DNA of 64,000 nucleotides from Halocafeteria seosinensis (taxonomy: Eukaryota). The notes beneath the pieces were generated by a model. That model was given only the letters and a program-made list of their open reading frames with translations. It ran no database searches and was not told the DNA's origin. Positions 13,702 through 26,747 of this stretch are shown in pieces. Both the position numbers and the translations under genes were made by a program. Numbering within the stretch: position 1 is the first letter of the stretch; every line of letters starts with the position of its first letter. The DNA is taken from contig LVLI01000192.1 in assembly GCA_001687465.1 (NCBI GenBank), positions 1-64,000 of the forward strand. The letters run 5' to 3'.

Positions 13702-15618
13702 ATGTCAATTCCTACGACGCCATTCTCCAAGACTTACTCCCCGGCTAGCTTCCATGAAACTAACACGATGACGCCTGAATTAAGTGAGGGGTGGCTTACC
13801 CTTGGAGAGTCCTCCATTACGGATGAAGATGCTCAAGGTACGGACTGGTGCATTCAACCGTCTCCCAAAAACGTTCTCGAACTAGAAGAATTATCCCATG
13901 TATGACTCACACGGGACGTACTGAACTTATCTGTATAAACTATTTTTTGTGTTGCAGGGTCATCTTGGGTGCAGGCTGCCATCAATACGTATGTGAGGTT
14001 TTCATGCTTTGACACCCAAACCACCGTGGTATCGTTCTCTAAGTTACAGCACTAACCTCGTGATAGGGATCGCAATGCTCGCCTTCCCACTCGCATTGGC
14101 AAACACCGGGTGGATCGGAATAATACTGCTCGCAATATTCACTGCACTCACCAGATATACAGCTTACCTTATTGGAAAAATAATGGAGGAAAACCCTGAT
14201 TGCAATACTTTCAGTGACATGGGTAAGGGGCGCGCTCGTTTGTTGTACCAGTTGAAGTGTCAGTTACTAGCTGGGGAACCACAGGTCGGAAAGCCTTTGG
14301 CACACAAGGCAGTATAATAATCACAATATTATTCTTTCTCGTAAGTTTTGCTTGCGTGAGAATTAGTGACACGTTGGTATCGATGTCCACTTCGCAGGAG
14401 CTCTGGCTGGCCGGTTGTGCTGCCTACATGGTAGGTTTGAACGACCGTCGCAGTATAGCAATCCATACGTATTTTCAATTGGCATCTTTTTTGCAGATCG
14501 TTTTTGCCGAAAACTTGCACAGTCTCTTTCCATCAATCTCTCTTAAAATATGTACTCTGATTGGAACTGCCATAGTGCTGCCAACCACGTGGTTTAAAGA
14601 CTTGTCAAGACTATCCTATATATCGTTTGCAGGATTCGTAGGAAGCTTGGCGGTATTAGTCGTCCTTCTAATCACAGGAATACATGGAGAAGAGGGGGAG
14701 AACGGTGGATCCTTCTCAAGACCAGCTGAGACGGAAATAGCCGATTTCAGAAGCATGGCCTATAGTTTAGGTATATTCTTGACCGGCTTTAGCGGGCACC
14801 CTGTCATACCTTCAATTTATCGAAGCATGAAGGAGCCCGAAAACTTCGGGAAAGCTATGAATGCTACATACGCAGTGATAGGACTCACATACGGAGCAAT
14901 TAGTATCATTGGTTATTTCCTATATGGCGCTGATACCAAACCAGAAATAACACTCAACTTTCCTCCCGGAGCACTGACTAAGATAGTTCTGTGGACGATA
15001 ATTGTCAACGCTGCTTCAAAGTTTGCTTTAGCGTTGGAACCCGTAGGCCAGGTGCTGGAGAGTCTCAGTGAGCCCTTGTTCATACAAAGAGCTGAGGACA
15101 AAGATACCGAGCGAGTAGACGAATCATCTCCACTTGATGTGGAGGAGGAAGATCTTTATGAAATGGGGTCCGTTCTGTCAACCATTAGCATACACGGTAC
15201 AAATTACACACTTTGGGAAGATCCAAATCGAAAACAGTGTGCACATAAGGAGGTGGAAGAGCGTGCGAGGGTGTTCAGGAGAATTTTCATAAGGGGGTTA
15301 CTGACTGGTCTCGTTCTATTGGTCGCTCTGTTCCTGGTAGGTACAATATTCTCAGGCATCGAAATGCTTAGCCTCCCGCTTCTTCACCTCGTGCATTTCA
15401 TCGTGCAGCCGTATTTCGATAGAATTATGTCGTTTGCGGGAGCACTCTTGACTTCGATTGTATCTCTAAGCTTTCCGTCTCTCGTCTTTTTAAAGCTCCG
15501 TAGCCAATCTGCTAGAGATACTTCGCAGCTGTCAAAGGGATTCAATGTGTGTATTATATTATTCGGAGTCCTTTGTGCGATTCTTGGAACCGTCGCGTCA
15601 CTCGTTGGAAAATTCTAG
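13702..15618 (+). CDS. Amino acid/auxin permease (AAAP, AVT1-like vacuolar amino acid transporter), multi-exon with ~30-nt exons
   Basis: NLVIGIAMLAFPLALANTGW, YTAYLIGK, FSGHPVIPSIYRSMKEP, GYFLYG...ITLN and about 11 hydrophobic segments. Confidence 0.88.
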
Positions 15619-17054
15619 CGAATTAAGACTTTCGGGCTGATGTTGTTTCGACTGTCGCGTCATAAACAATTCACGTGCATACACAGCTGCTGGATTGCGT
15701 TCCATGGTCTCCTGCGAAGGGACTCAGCGCCAAGAACAGACTCCCTCCACCGCTCCGTCGTCTTCGGGAAGGGCAAACCCTTCACAACAAAATATGTATT
15801 TTAATTCCCATTTTGCAATTTTCATAATACGGACCATGCAGTTACACGCAGTAGAACCCGCTTATACTCTAATGACTCAATGACTCTAATAATAGGTAAG
15901 CACTTAGACAAGCTCAGATACATAGAGTGATGTCAGATGTCTGGGATTTAGCGATTCGTAATACCGAACGCTATTCATAGCATGAAGCGGTTAGCAGTTC
16001 GTGACCACGAGCACGAAGTTCTAGCATGCCCAACCCGATTGTGTAGAATTGTTGGGCATTACATTTCATGCTGTACGAAGACTGTTCTACCATTTGTTCG
16101 GTATACTGTATGGGGTGAAGCTGTTCTGCATTTTGTCTGCACTCAGTGAACATGTCATCGCCGCTCTCGCACACACACAAATGTTGCAGATAGCCCACCG
16201 GCCGGGAAGTTGACCGCATCCTCTCTCGCAGACTACAGTAAAACCACCAGCAACCACACCAGTGTTCGGCGAGGAAGAAGTGTAGACACGCCTGAAATCG
16301 CTGAACATCGAAGGAGGTTCAGCTACTGCTGGACTCAACGAAGGCATGGGCATGTCCGGTGTACGCTGCTGATAAAGTCTTGCGGATGACGGCTTCATGC
16401 TGTCTTCTACAGGTACGGCTACAACACCAACACATTCGCAACTGCGGCACTGGGTGACGAGTCTAGTGATGTCGCAGGGTCGACGTGGATACAAGCTGCT
16501 GTGAATACCGTAAGTGGTGATGCTTCGCTGAGAAAATACAAATATATGAAGGGAATGTTGCATGAGTCAACAGCACAAACCTCATGACCGGAATCGGGAT
16601 GCTTGCGTTCGCGCTCGCGGTTAGGGTAGCACTCTTGCTACGCAACATATACCAGCAACTTGTTCGAGGTTACTAGTAGTTCCTCTTTATCCACCGGTTC
16701 ACGCAGGTCGGCATCTTGTACCAGTTTTACGAGCCGCTGTCTGCAACAAGCGAAACCAAAGAAGATACCCTATTCATTCGCTTACACAATGCTCTAAGCC
16801 ACAGTAAGGCAAGGCAATGAAAAATTGTGCTTTGTAACCACACTCGGAACAAGTTGCAACTTACCCCCAGTTTAAAGTTTCTAAAGTTTCAGCGTGAAGT
16901 CAAATCTGGCCGGGATACCATGATACAACAGTACATATCACAGAACCTGTGTTGAACGTATGTCCAGGGACCCAGAGTATTAACAATTCGCGCCACTGAT
17001 AAGTTTCCCCGGTTGTGGAGTTCTTGCCTTGTTGTTATTGTGTGTACAATACCC

Positions 17055-18615
17055 ATGTTGTCCTCAGCTCGTTCCCGGCTGTGGGAGTTGGGAGGAAGAC
17101 GTGTTTCCCCGCGATTTTACCATACTACCAATCCCATTCGTGCTCCCTACAAGCAGTCCACAATTAATAAAGGATCTCTGAACCCTTTTCTGGGAACGTA
17201 CGGTCTCCTAGAGCGTCAAATACCGGGGAAAACAACGCTTGTGAAGGGCGTCCCTGTGGCGTTTTCAACGAAATCATCCAGTAATACGCCTCCAAACAAG
17301 GATTCCCCATCTACAGAGACCATTTCAGCTGGTAGTACGTCCGCCGAAGCACCCATTGGAGCGTCAGAATCATCGAGTGCAGGGAAGGATACCAGCGCCA
17401 ATTCTGCCGCAGCAGGAACTTCCGAGACGAGTAATGAAGATGAGAAGCAGAACACGTCGTCTGAGGAGAATACCCGTGAAGAAGACAATGCGAATGAAGA
17501 TGACGATGATGACGGACCGTCAACGATATGGGAAAGCATCTTGCTGTTCTTGCAAGTGTTGGTGGGCATGGGAGCGTATGCGCTAGCTGTGGGAGGAACT
17601 GCAGCGGTAAGTTGCTGGGAACTCGGTTGTACTACCAGTAGTAGTGTTGTACTAAATGCAATTTTTGAAACTGGTTTATTTTTCAGATGTTCACGCATCA
17701 ATGTTTGACCAAGTGGAACGCCTACCATTCCTCATTGCGCCTATTGTGGGATGGTGAACGAGTAAGGTCTTGTTCATGCTGCAACCCCGTGTTCCTCTAA
17801 TCTGATAAGTACTGGTCTGTCCAGATTTTTAACGAGCTCGATGTCTATTGCGAAGAAATCGATGAAACTAGCAGAGAGTGTTTAGGTAAGCCATTGGCGC
17901 GTGAAAGTGTTCCAATTGGCCAGGTGCTCAAGGGAATTAACTCGTATTAGTGCAGAATTCTTGGGTGAGTCTCCTCAAGTCTGGCACGCTAACCTGACCA
18001 ATCTGAGGAAGGAACAAGCTAGGAGACTTCAAGAACGGAAACTTGTAGACGAAGAGAACATTGAATCAATGGAGAAGAGCAATGCGGTATGGTGGATGCC
18101 CGGATGGTTGGGTCTCTTCCGTTCATCAGATACCAGCCAATCGAAGGAATTCCGTTTCGAATGGTGGCGCCTGAGACAACAAGTTCGTTCACTCCACGAT
18201 GTGAAAGTCCAACAGATGACGCAGGAACTCCGAGCACTTCATCATGAAGGACTCTCCCGGCTACGAGAGGTAAGAGACGAAGTTCCGAAATGGGCGCTAT
18301 TGATGGGTTGGGGCGAAGAAGGTGAGTTCAATCTCCTTGAACCTCGCTGTAGTATATTACAAAACGGGTTATTTGATGCTATGTACAGATCTATATCGAG
18401 GGATACAACAAGTTTCGTACAGTCTAACGAGACTTCGTGTCATCGAGGCTGAAACGAGAGCTCTCATGCACCAAATGGGGGAAGGGGGGTTCGAAGACAT
18501 GTGGCGCGTTTATCACGAGGCGGCCGATAGAGTAGCTGCACGACGTAGACAGCGACTAGCTCAATCAACGAGTAGTACGGACAATGAAGAAGATACTCAG
18601 ACAGAAGCTCAGTAG
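17055..18615 (+). CDS. Hypothetical membrane protein, probably mitochondrial
   Basis: Arg-rich presequence-like N-terminus (MLSSARSRLWELGGRRVSPRFY), a Ser/acidic linker, a TM segment (ILLFLQVLVGMGAYALAVGG) and helical C-terminal exons separated by GT-AG introns. No family recognised. Confidence 0.6.
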
Positions 18616-19385
18616 GAAAGTACTGTTCTCTGAGGGCACGAGTGGCCAGACCGTGCGTCCACATCTCTGCAGTTTTGAACTCTCGCAGTAAATTGGGCCA
18701 TTCATGCTCTCATATTTGCCTCTGTAGTTGTAGGAATATACTGAATACATTTCCTTGGTATTTGTGATAGTTGCTTCCGTATAGTACCAGTACGCGATGG
18801 CCCTCAGTCGCTGGTACAGGCAATTCATTGGTTGCCGTCCATCAAATGCTCCTCACTCAAACATTCCTTAACTCGACGAATCAGCATGCATATTAAACAT
18901 CATCTCCATGAATCTTGAGCTGCTGAGTTGAGCACCGACCGAAGCGGGTGCCTTCTTCGGTGTCGGAGTCACATGGAATCGTCGAACAGCTGGACATGTG
19001 CGCGTCTCTGGCTAGGTCGCCACTTCTGATCGGTTTCCTTATTCCTTTCTGATTAGCACACAATGCAGAGCGAGAAAAAGCCAGCTGACGAAGTCGCAGC
19101 GACTTCAATGTTGATGACCCGCCGGTTTTGGCGGGGGACCTGATTCCGCGGCGAACAGCCAGTGACGACCACTGATTCACTGTATGACATCGTCACAGGG
19201 TTGTCAATTTGGTTTGCTTCCTGTTTAAACGGGGCTGGTTCAAGGGAGTTTTGTAGTTCCATTGCATCCCTGGCTCAGCGCACTAGCGGCGAGCATTGAC
19301 TACATGATTCGACCAGCGAACGTATCTTCAAAGTACCGTTGAACAGTTGATAAAGCAAAGGTACCAGGTGGTAGAGAAGAGAACA

Positions 19386-22134
19386 ATGTCGTCCCCAGCT
19401 TTGTACAATGTATTGGAGGATGACACTGCTGATCTTGTCTACGGAGAGGTGAAGGGTCAGGTATGTATTTCTCTTGAGAACGATAATGCAGCCTTCAATT
19501 CTCGCGCAGAGCCTCCGATAACCGCTGTCAACGGCCGGGATAGTGTTCGGCTTGAAGTGTTGAGAATCTCCGCCTCTTTGGTGAATTTTGCATTTTTGAT
19601 GTACTTCAGGTGACGGATGAGAATAGTCCGAAGATATTCGACAGTCGCCTCCTTTCTGGAGAAGAGGTAGTCAGAGAGTTCCGGAACTTCCAGATCTTTC
19701 GCCCTCGGCCACAATGGTTAATCAACCTCCTTGGAATTATGACCTGTGGAATGTAAGCAGCATGTCATAACAAATGCATCGTCGTGATACAGTCGCAAAA
19801 TAGTTTTTCTATCGCTTCAGGTACTGCATATACTTATACTGTTGCAAATGTTGCCGGGTCTTCGGCGTGGGAAACCAACGGCATCGAGCAGCTCTTACGA
19901 ATAAGGTACGGGGGGTTAATATTTTGTTTCAACCCTATGCTGATTTGTGGATCGTTATGGAGAGTGCAGGGTCGGCTGATCGTTTGGGATGCGTCTATCA
20001 GTGGCACTCGTGAATCAAACGTCGCTCAGGACGTTCACTACAGATCGGATACGATTTTTTCGTTCTACAATATTGATGATATCAATTCCATGCAAGTACG
20101 GACATCTACTTTGCTACTGTGCAGTCAGTTGAAAAGCACTGTGTGTTTATTCCTGTTTTTGCAGTTTGCCGTACGTCGAGGGAACCAGTGTGGTCCTTTC
20201 AAGGTCTGCGGTAGGAAAAGCTCAAATACCCTACGCCTCTTTTTTGGCTCGTCCTTTCCGAGCCCTGACATTCGTGATACGAGCGGTGAGTGCACATGTC
20301 TTCGTGATAGATTGCATGAGTGATGGCTAACTTCACCTTTACGTTTTGGGTCTCAGAGGTGACTGATAACGGCTCAAGCCAGGGGACGAGGAAACCGGAT
20401 TTCAACGTAGAGGACGTTACGCAGTTTTCAATGCCCGATATTTCATTGCCATCGATTAACCTAGGAACGCTAAGTGGGATACTGCAAGCGTCGTGTGAAG
20501 ATTGTGCTACCGGAGGAGTGACCCTTATCTTCAAGGCCTTCAAATGGGGGTATAAGGCTGCCCGAAAGTTCTACGAATCAGGAATGTGTGGGTTGAATAA
20601 ACTCGACCGCCCGGAGTTACGTAATGAAGAACTTGCTCCCGCTGGTGGAGTCGGTCTCGAAATCTATTCGGGCAATGATGACGTAGCCATCGATGGATAT
20701 CACCCGGAACACTCAGATCCGTGGCTTGAATTATCCTGCTTAGCGAAAGCGATTGTGGATTCAAAGGAGTGTGGAACACCGTTCAAGAACCAAGAACCCA
20801 ATTCAGCATCTTTCGAAATCTGTTTCTCCAAGACGATTGAAGAGTGTATGAAATCTCCAGTACTCGAGAAGGGGATGAGCAAGGTTTACGTTGATGAGCA
20901 AAAAGTCCCATTAGGCGATCAAGAACGAGTACTAGATGCTTTGCCCATAGTCCCAAAGATCACGTGGCGCCAATTTTTTACAGAAATCCTCATTGTATGC
21001 AGGGAAAAATTTCTGTCGTCCTCAGCCTCAATTTTGACTACTCACCGGCTTGTTAGTGTTTCTCAGTTGAGTGCCCCAACAGCCTATTCATTTTCGATGG
21101 TGGCTTATTTTCTTGGTGAAGAAGTGACGAGCGGTGTAGTCGACCGCAACTACCCAAAGAATGCCTACTCTGTGGACATACAAACTGATTGCGGTTGTAT
21201 CCACTTTGAACCGTCTATCTCCAAAACTTGGCCGTGGACTCCCAAAATACTCGACAAATGGAAACCGGCTGTCGATCATTTCATTGGTATTTTGGAGTCT
21301 TCATGCAAGAGTGAAAAGTGGTTGCCTACTCCGGAGAAAGGAACCATACCGAATCCAGAAAGGGTGGAAGAAGTTCGCAAGCGACTAATTCTTTGGAGCG
21401 ACGAGGAAATTTGTGCCGTTGTTGATTCTGAGAACGCGTATTTCACAAAGATGATTATGCACATCCCTATCGTACTCATGTGTTCATTCGGAGACAAGGT
21501 GTGTGCCTCACGATTCGTCAGGGCATTGACGTGCGGATTTATGCCGAGGAAGTTGGACCAGTGGTTGGTTTTGACGACACATCGCATACTTGCGTTTCAC
21601 GATGTGACCAACGGATGCACCTGTAGCCCTTTTGGCATAAACAGTTCGGAATACATGTGGATCCCATTGAAAGAAGTTCAGAATCTCGAGATCGGAGGAA
21701 CGTTCGTTGTACCTAAAGCCGGCAAATGCTACAAGTGCTTTTCAGCCATTTGCAAAAAGTGTTGCAATAAGGACAGCGCGGAGTTGTTTGTCAAAGTTGC
21801 CGTCAAAGATGACGCCATCTCAGAGCCTCCGTTGGAGCTCTCACGTCTCCGGTCCCAGAGTACGGGTGGAATGCTAGAGGAATCGGACGATGTTGATTTC
21901 TTTTCCACTGCGTTCGGGCATTTCCAATCCTTGAAAGGACATCACCCTGTTCAACACAAAGCAATGAATGAGAGTTACGGAAAGACGCCGTATCCTCCGC
22001 GGATTTTGGAGGGTGAGGACAATCAAACTCGGAACCCCATTCAGGAGGCTTCAGCAAATTCAGAAGGCGGCACTTCCTCCGCAAATGGAGATCCCAAAGA
22101 AGCACCCGCTCAGCAGAAGAAAACTCAGGAGTGA
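19386..22134 (+). CDS. Hypothetical protein with repeated LTTHR-type (PH/GRAM-like) modules and Cys-rich segments
   Basis: Several short spliced exons join a 604-codon open frame. Motifs ILTTHRLVSV and LVLTTHRILAF. Function not recognised. Confidence 0.65.
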
Positions 22135-22301
22135 ACGTAATTTGCATGCATGGCGAGGGACTCGTATGGACACGAATATACATCGGAAATTCCGTCAAAC
22201 TCATTTCATATTTTCTCTTGATTAGCTACCACATTATGCTGCGTAGAGGGAGGCTCTATCCATTCGATACTGAGTAGTCGCTGTATATTATTCGATAGCA
22301 C

Positions 22302-24234
22302 TTAATCATGCTCTTCAGGTCTGGTCTTCCAGTCCTCCGGTACACTATCTGCGAGAATGTTCCAAGTAAGAAAATAGCACGAATTAAGCGGCTAAAACAA
22401 TTGCTTACCAGGGTTATAGTAGGAAACTTCATTCACGATAAGATCTCTGATATTTGAGCGGTCGACCCGCCGGAAGCGAATCGGTCCGTCCTGCGTTACC
22501 ACATCAGACAGCAGAGATGGTTTCTCGCCAATTTATACGATGTCTGCATGGCGATAATTCTTACCCTGTAGCTCACTTCCGCACGTTGGCATCTCGTCTC
22601 TTGTAAGAACGGATGGTTCAAAGCTTCCTCTACTGTTATCCTGTCTTCATGGTGGAACTTTAAGAATTTCTTAAGCAGATCCATCGCATCTGTATGACAC
22701 AATGAACGCCCTGAGGTAAAATACGGACGAGAGATAATTTAATGGATGGGGAGACCGCAACATACCGGGAGGAGCGCTTGGAAAACGCCTCGACAAATTT
22801 ATACCCGGCTTCCTCGGTAGTGAAGCAAGATATTCTCTTGCTCTTTCACTCTTCACTCGTCGAAGTTCCTCCTCACTAGGGGACCCAATCACGTCAAAGA
22901 TAACATTCAATTGATCTCTTGCAGCCCCCGCAACATGCATTCTGCCATCGCGACCACGGCTTAATGGATAGCAACTCCCTCCGGGGAACAGTGCTTTCCG
23001 TTCGTACCGATCTTCGGGGTTCTCCGTCGGTAGCATCCCGAGCATTTCTGCAAAGCAACAGCCGACGCTCCATAGATCTATAGCGGGAGTGTAGTGCCCA
23101 TCGTTGTAGAGAGGTAGCTCCGGCGCTCTGTACCAACGCGTCACAACATGTCGAGTCATTTGGCGCAATATTTGAGGTGGTCTCTCCGACCGGTTCCCGT
23201 TGGAGCCCGGTTGAATGTCTTGAGTTATTCCAGTACCCCCTGCTGTCCCAGATTGGTCATGTGTACCATGACCGTCAGCTTCTTCGTCACTTGGTCTATC
23301 ACCGCTGATCCCTGCTCGCTCGGCCAGTGCAGGATCATCCCCTTCATCGACCTCAATACCTCTAGCTAATCCGAAATCGCAAACTTTCAGGTCACATTGT
23401 TCTGTCAATAAGATGTTTGCCGGCTTAATATCTCGATGGATTACACCGGCGGAATGCATATATTTCACCGAGAGCAGTAACTGATACAAAAACCATCTCA
23501 CATGCGGTACAGTCAAGTCTTGAGAATCATCGCGCGTCAACTTCGCCAAGTCCGTATCCATAGCCTCGAAGACTACGTATAAATCCTTGAACGTGCGAAG
23601 ATGACTGCAAAGAATCACCCAATGTTCCAAATGGTAGAACAAACACACAAAAAAGGTAAGAAGACTTACTCTGGCCTGCTGATATGTACAATCCTAATGA
23701 TGTTGTTGTGTCTCAATCTTCGCAAAATGTTTATTTCGCGGTATATCCTTTTGGCATTTTCGAATACGTCAAATACACTGTTAATCTTCTTAATGGCAAC
23801 TTTCGGCTTCCCTGCCAATCCATGGTCTATGGCCAAAGCTACACTACCATACGATCCTGCAACGTAGCCATTGAATGATTTCAGTTTCTTCAACGGGAGA
23901 ATCTCATGTGCGTACCTTTTCCTAAAAGCTTCCTTATTTCAAACCGCGTATGATCAATTCTCCAACCCTCAAATGCATGTGGAATTCGCCATCTAGGTTG
24001 GGGATGAGGAGGTTGTGGAGCTGGTTGTCGTTCAGGCTCTCTTCGGTGTTGGTGGCCTCCCATCTCCGTATCTCCACCATGATGATGATGCCCGTCATTA
24101 GTGTCACGCTGCTGCGAGCTATGATTCTGACCATCCTGATGCTGTTGAGACTGACCGTGTTGCGGCTGGGCTTGAGCAACAGGCGTCGGGGTTTTTATTT
24201 GCAAGTCACCGTCGGCATCGGGGGACGCGGCCAT
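22302..24234 (-). CDS. Atypical MAP kinase with TxH activation motif (PfMAP-2-like)
   Basis: LLGKGSYGSV, VAIKKI, HRDIKPANILL, DFGLAR, a long activation-loop insert, MTRHVVTRWYRAPE, LFPGGSCYPLS and RDQLNVIFDVIG. Ends YNPDSVPEDWKTRPEEHD*. Confidence 0.92.
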
Positions 24235-25869
24235 TGTTCGATTACCAAAGTGGTGCTCTGAATACCTGTTGGAAGACACAAACACGTAATATGCAAGATA
24301 GCTATAAAAATACACCCTACCAACGGAAAATAATGCACTTTGTACACTCTATACAAGCAAAATCACGAGGTGAATAAGCCAACCTTCCCGGAGAAACAGG
24401 GAGTGACGTCCTTTTTTCTCAGCTTTCCCGCCCCCAATAATAGCGAATCCCATCATCGCTATATAGAGCAATGATCCATCTATCCTCTTGAATCCCCTGA
24501 AACCACTGAAATGGGCTGTAATCGCCCATATAGTGCGTCAGAGAACATAGAAGAGGTGAGGTATACGACAAAAAAGGTATTTAGGGGGCACCCGAAGGGG
24601 ATCCATCTCCGCGAGATGCGCGAAGATTATCTCATCTTCACCCGCTTTTCCACCTTCACTTGCCGCCATTCTCACCGGATACCACAAATTAAGACATAGA
24701 GAATGCAGGTCGTACCTTGGAAACACTAGTGCATACACATTAAGGCACGTAAAAAGCAAGAAATCTTACCGGAATGGGAGGGGGACAGACGCTTTAAGCC
24801 CGATATAACAGTGCTCAAGCACAAGTTCTAGACAATTTGATACCGAAATACAGAGAACACTCAAGAACCTTCGGGGTCAAACAAAATATATCTAGCGAAT
24901 TGTATTGTATCGTGCATGTACAGCATGAGATCGACTTTCCTGTACAAACCGAACAATCTTTCCATTAGGTTGTCGCGGCGGGAGAAAAGTTTCCTCTTGC
25001 AGCCGCACCTGCCAGGCTCTCTAGGTACAGCCGAGCAAGCAACAAGTTGCTTCGAGCCTAGGGATGGCCGTGGTGATCAACCCATCTGGAAGTAGTGCGC
25101 GCGCAGCGTGACGTTTTCCCCAATCCGCGGTAAAGAAATAAGGACAGTGTAGTGGACTAGTGGGCAGTGGAATGAAGGTCTCCGAAGGTCGGTCAATCGG
25201 TGTAGTACCTTAGTAATTGTATTGGTTTAGAGCTAATTAGCAGTGCAGTGCTACAATTGTACGAATGTGGGCTAGTGAACCCGTCGTCTTCTAACAGCCC
25301 CACGAGAACTCGAACGTCCGGGCAAAAGAGACGGCCAGTTCGAGACGACTCCTTGCATTTCTCACAGGACTGGTGTCCAGTTTCCTTATTGAGAACATTT
25401 ACAAGGAAGCGTCTTAGGGCAATAGAAGATGGGCCAGTGTCTCCGGTTACAGGAGAATCAAATTTTGACACAGAGGACGCATTCATTCCTGGTTTGAGAG
25501 AGAACCCGGTTGCGGTCATCTTTACCCCCTGTATCCTCAACTTCCGTGAAGCTGTGGTCACTGACAATATCCAACAGTACTGCTAAAGGATAGCAAGATT
25601 CACACATCCCTGCAATATGCATACACACATATGGTATATGTGACTCGAGATGGATAGTGCGTGTTCCCGCAATCCCTTCTGGGGCGGCGGCAATATTGAT
25701 CGGAGGCCCATCGCCGGCTAGTCGAGCTCTACGAGCCAAGATAACGCAGACTCAGCATCTGCGGATTGCTTAACTACATTTAAGCTACAAGGTGTTACAG
25801 CGGATAATGGCCTAATAGTGCATCAGCTGGGAGGCGAAAAGCAGTGCCCGTTAGCTGCTACTTACACTG

Positions 25870-25888
25870 CTCTCTCTCTCTCTCTCTC
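25870..25888. repeat. (CT)9 microsatellite
   Basis: ctctctctctctctctctc seen directly. Confidence 0.9.
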
Positions 25889-26747
25889 GCGTCCGGAGTC
25901 CAGATAGCATATTCCTTCTGAATCCATTGGATGAACGCAAAGCACTTCGATGGAGGATGAGTGCTGCGGCTGTGGCGGAGTACAAGAGTCTTGAAGAGAA
26001 AAGTAAACGTTGTATGCTAGCGTATCAGCAACTTCTGGGGTTTGGCATTTCCTAAGTTGAAGAGCCGATAGAACGCGGGTTCCTTGTTCGGGTTCTACTT
26101 GACCTGGCAAGTTGCAAGTTGCAGCGCATAGAACTTGGGAAGCCTTTGCTTATACAAATGACTCATTCACCATCAATTAAATGACACTCATTTACCCTTC
26201 AACACAACCGGCCCATGCTCGGTTCCGTGACGTGGCATGTTTGTGGGTTATGTGCTTGGCTGGTACCTTCCAGCTGCGGGCCCGTGTCAGTCCGTTTCGC
26301 ATGTGTTTACACTACTGTTATGTCCCGTCTTACCTAACACACTGTTTATTCGCCGTTGATCACATCTACTCATGTATATGGTATGTTTCTTTGCAGCAAG
26401 CCTTTGCTTTGCTCCTCTCCTGAACGCGTGCGGCTGGTCGTGTCGGGTGTTCAACCTGATTTTGCTTTTTAAACGAACAATCATTTCCTTGGGCGGTGGG
26501 GCTTGCCACTCGCGTTTCGTCAGTAACCTAGGTCTTTCATCCCTAGGCAACTAATTGTCACTTGTATGGTGGTACTGCAAGGTTTTCCCTATTCACGAAT
26601 AAGCGTTTTTCGTTTTGCCGGGGGTGAATACAGGTGAAGATAGAGATTGTTGAAGTTGGGGTTTAACGGCTACGCCACGTGAAGGAGCATTGTCGAGGCT
26701 ATTTCCCTCGTTTGTTGGCATAATTTCCACATCCGATCCGTTTCAGT

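Noticed and set aside
15971..16648. Overlapping short minus-strand ORFs
   Set aside because: No recognisable domain or consistent gene model.
18565..19262. Short minus-strand ORFs (69-95 aa)
   Set aside because: No motif, and they cannot be distinguished from chance ORFs.
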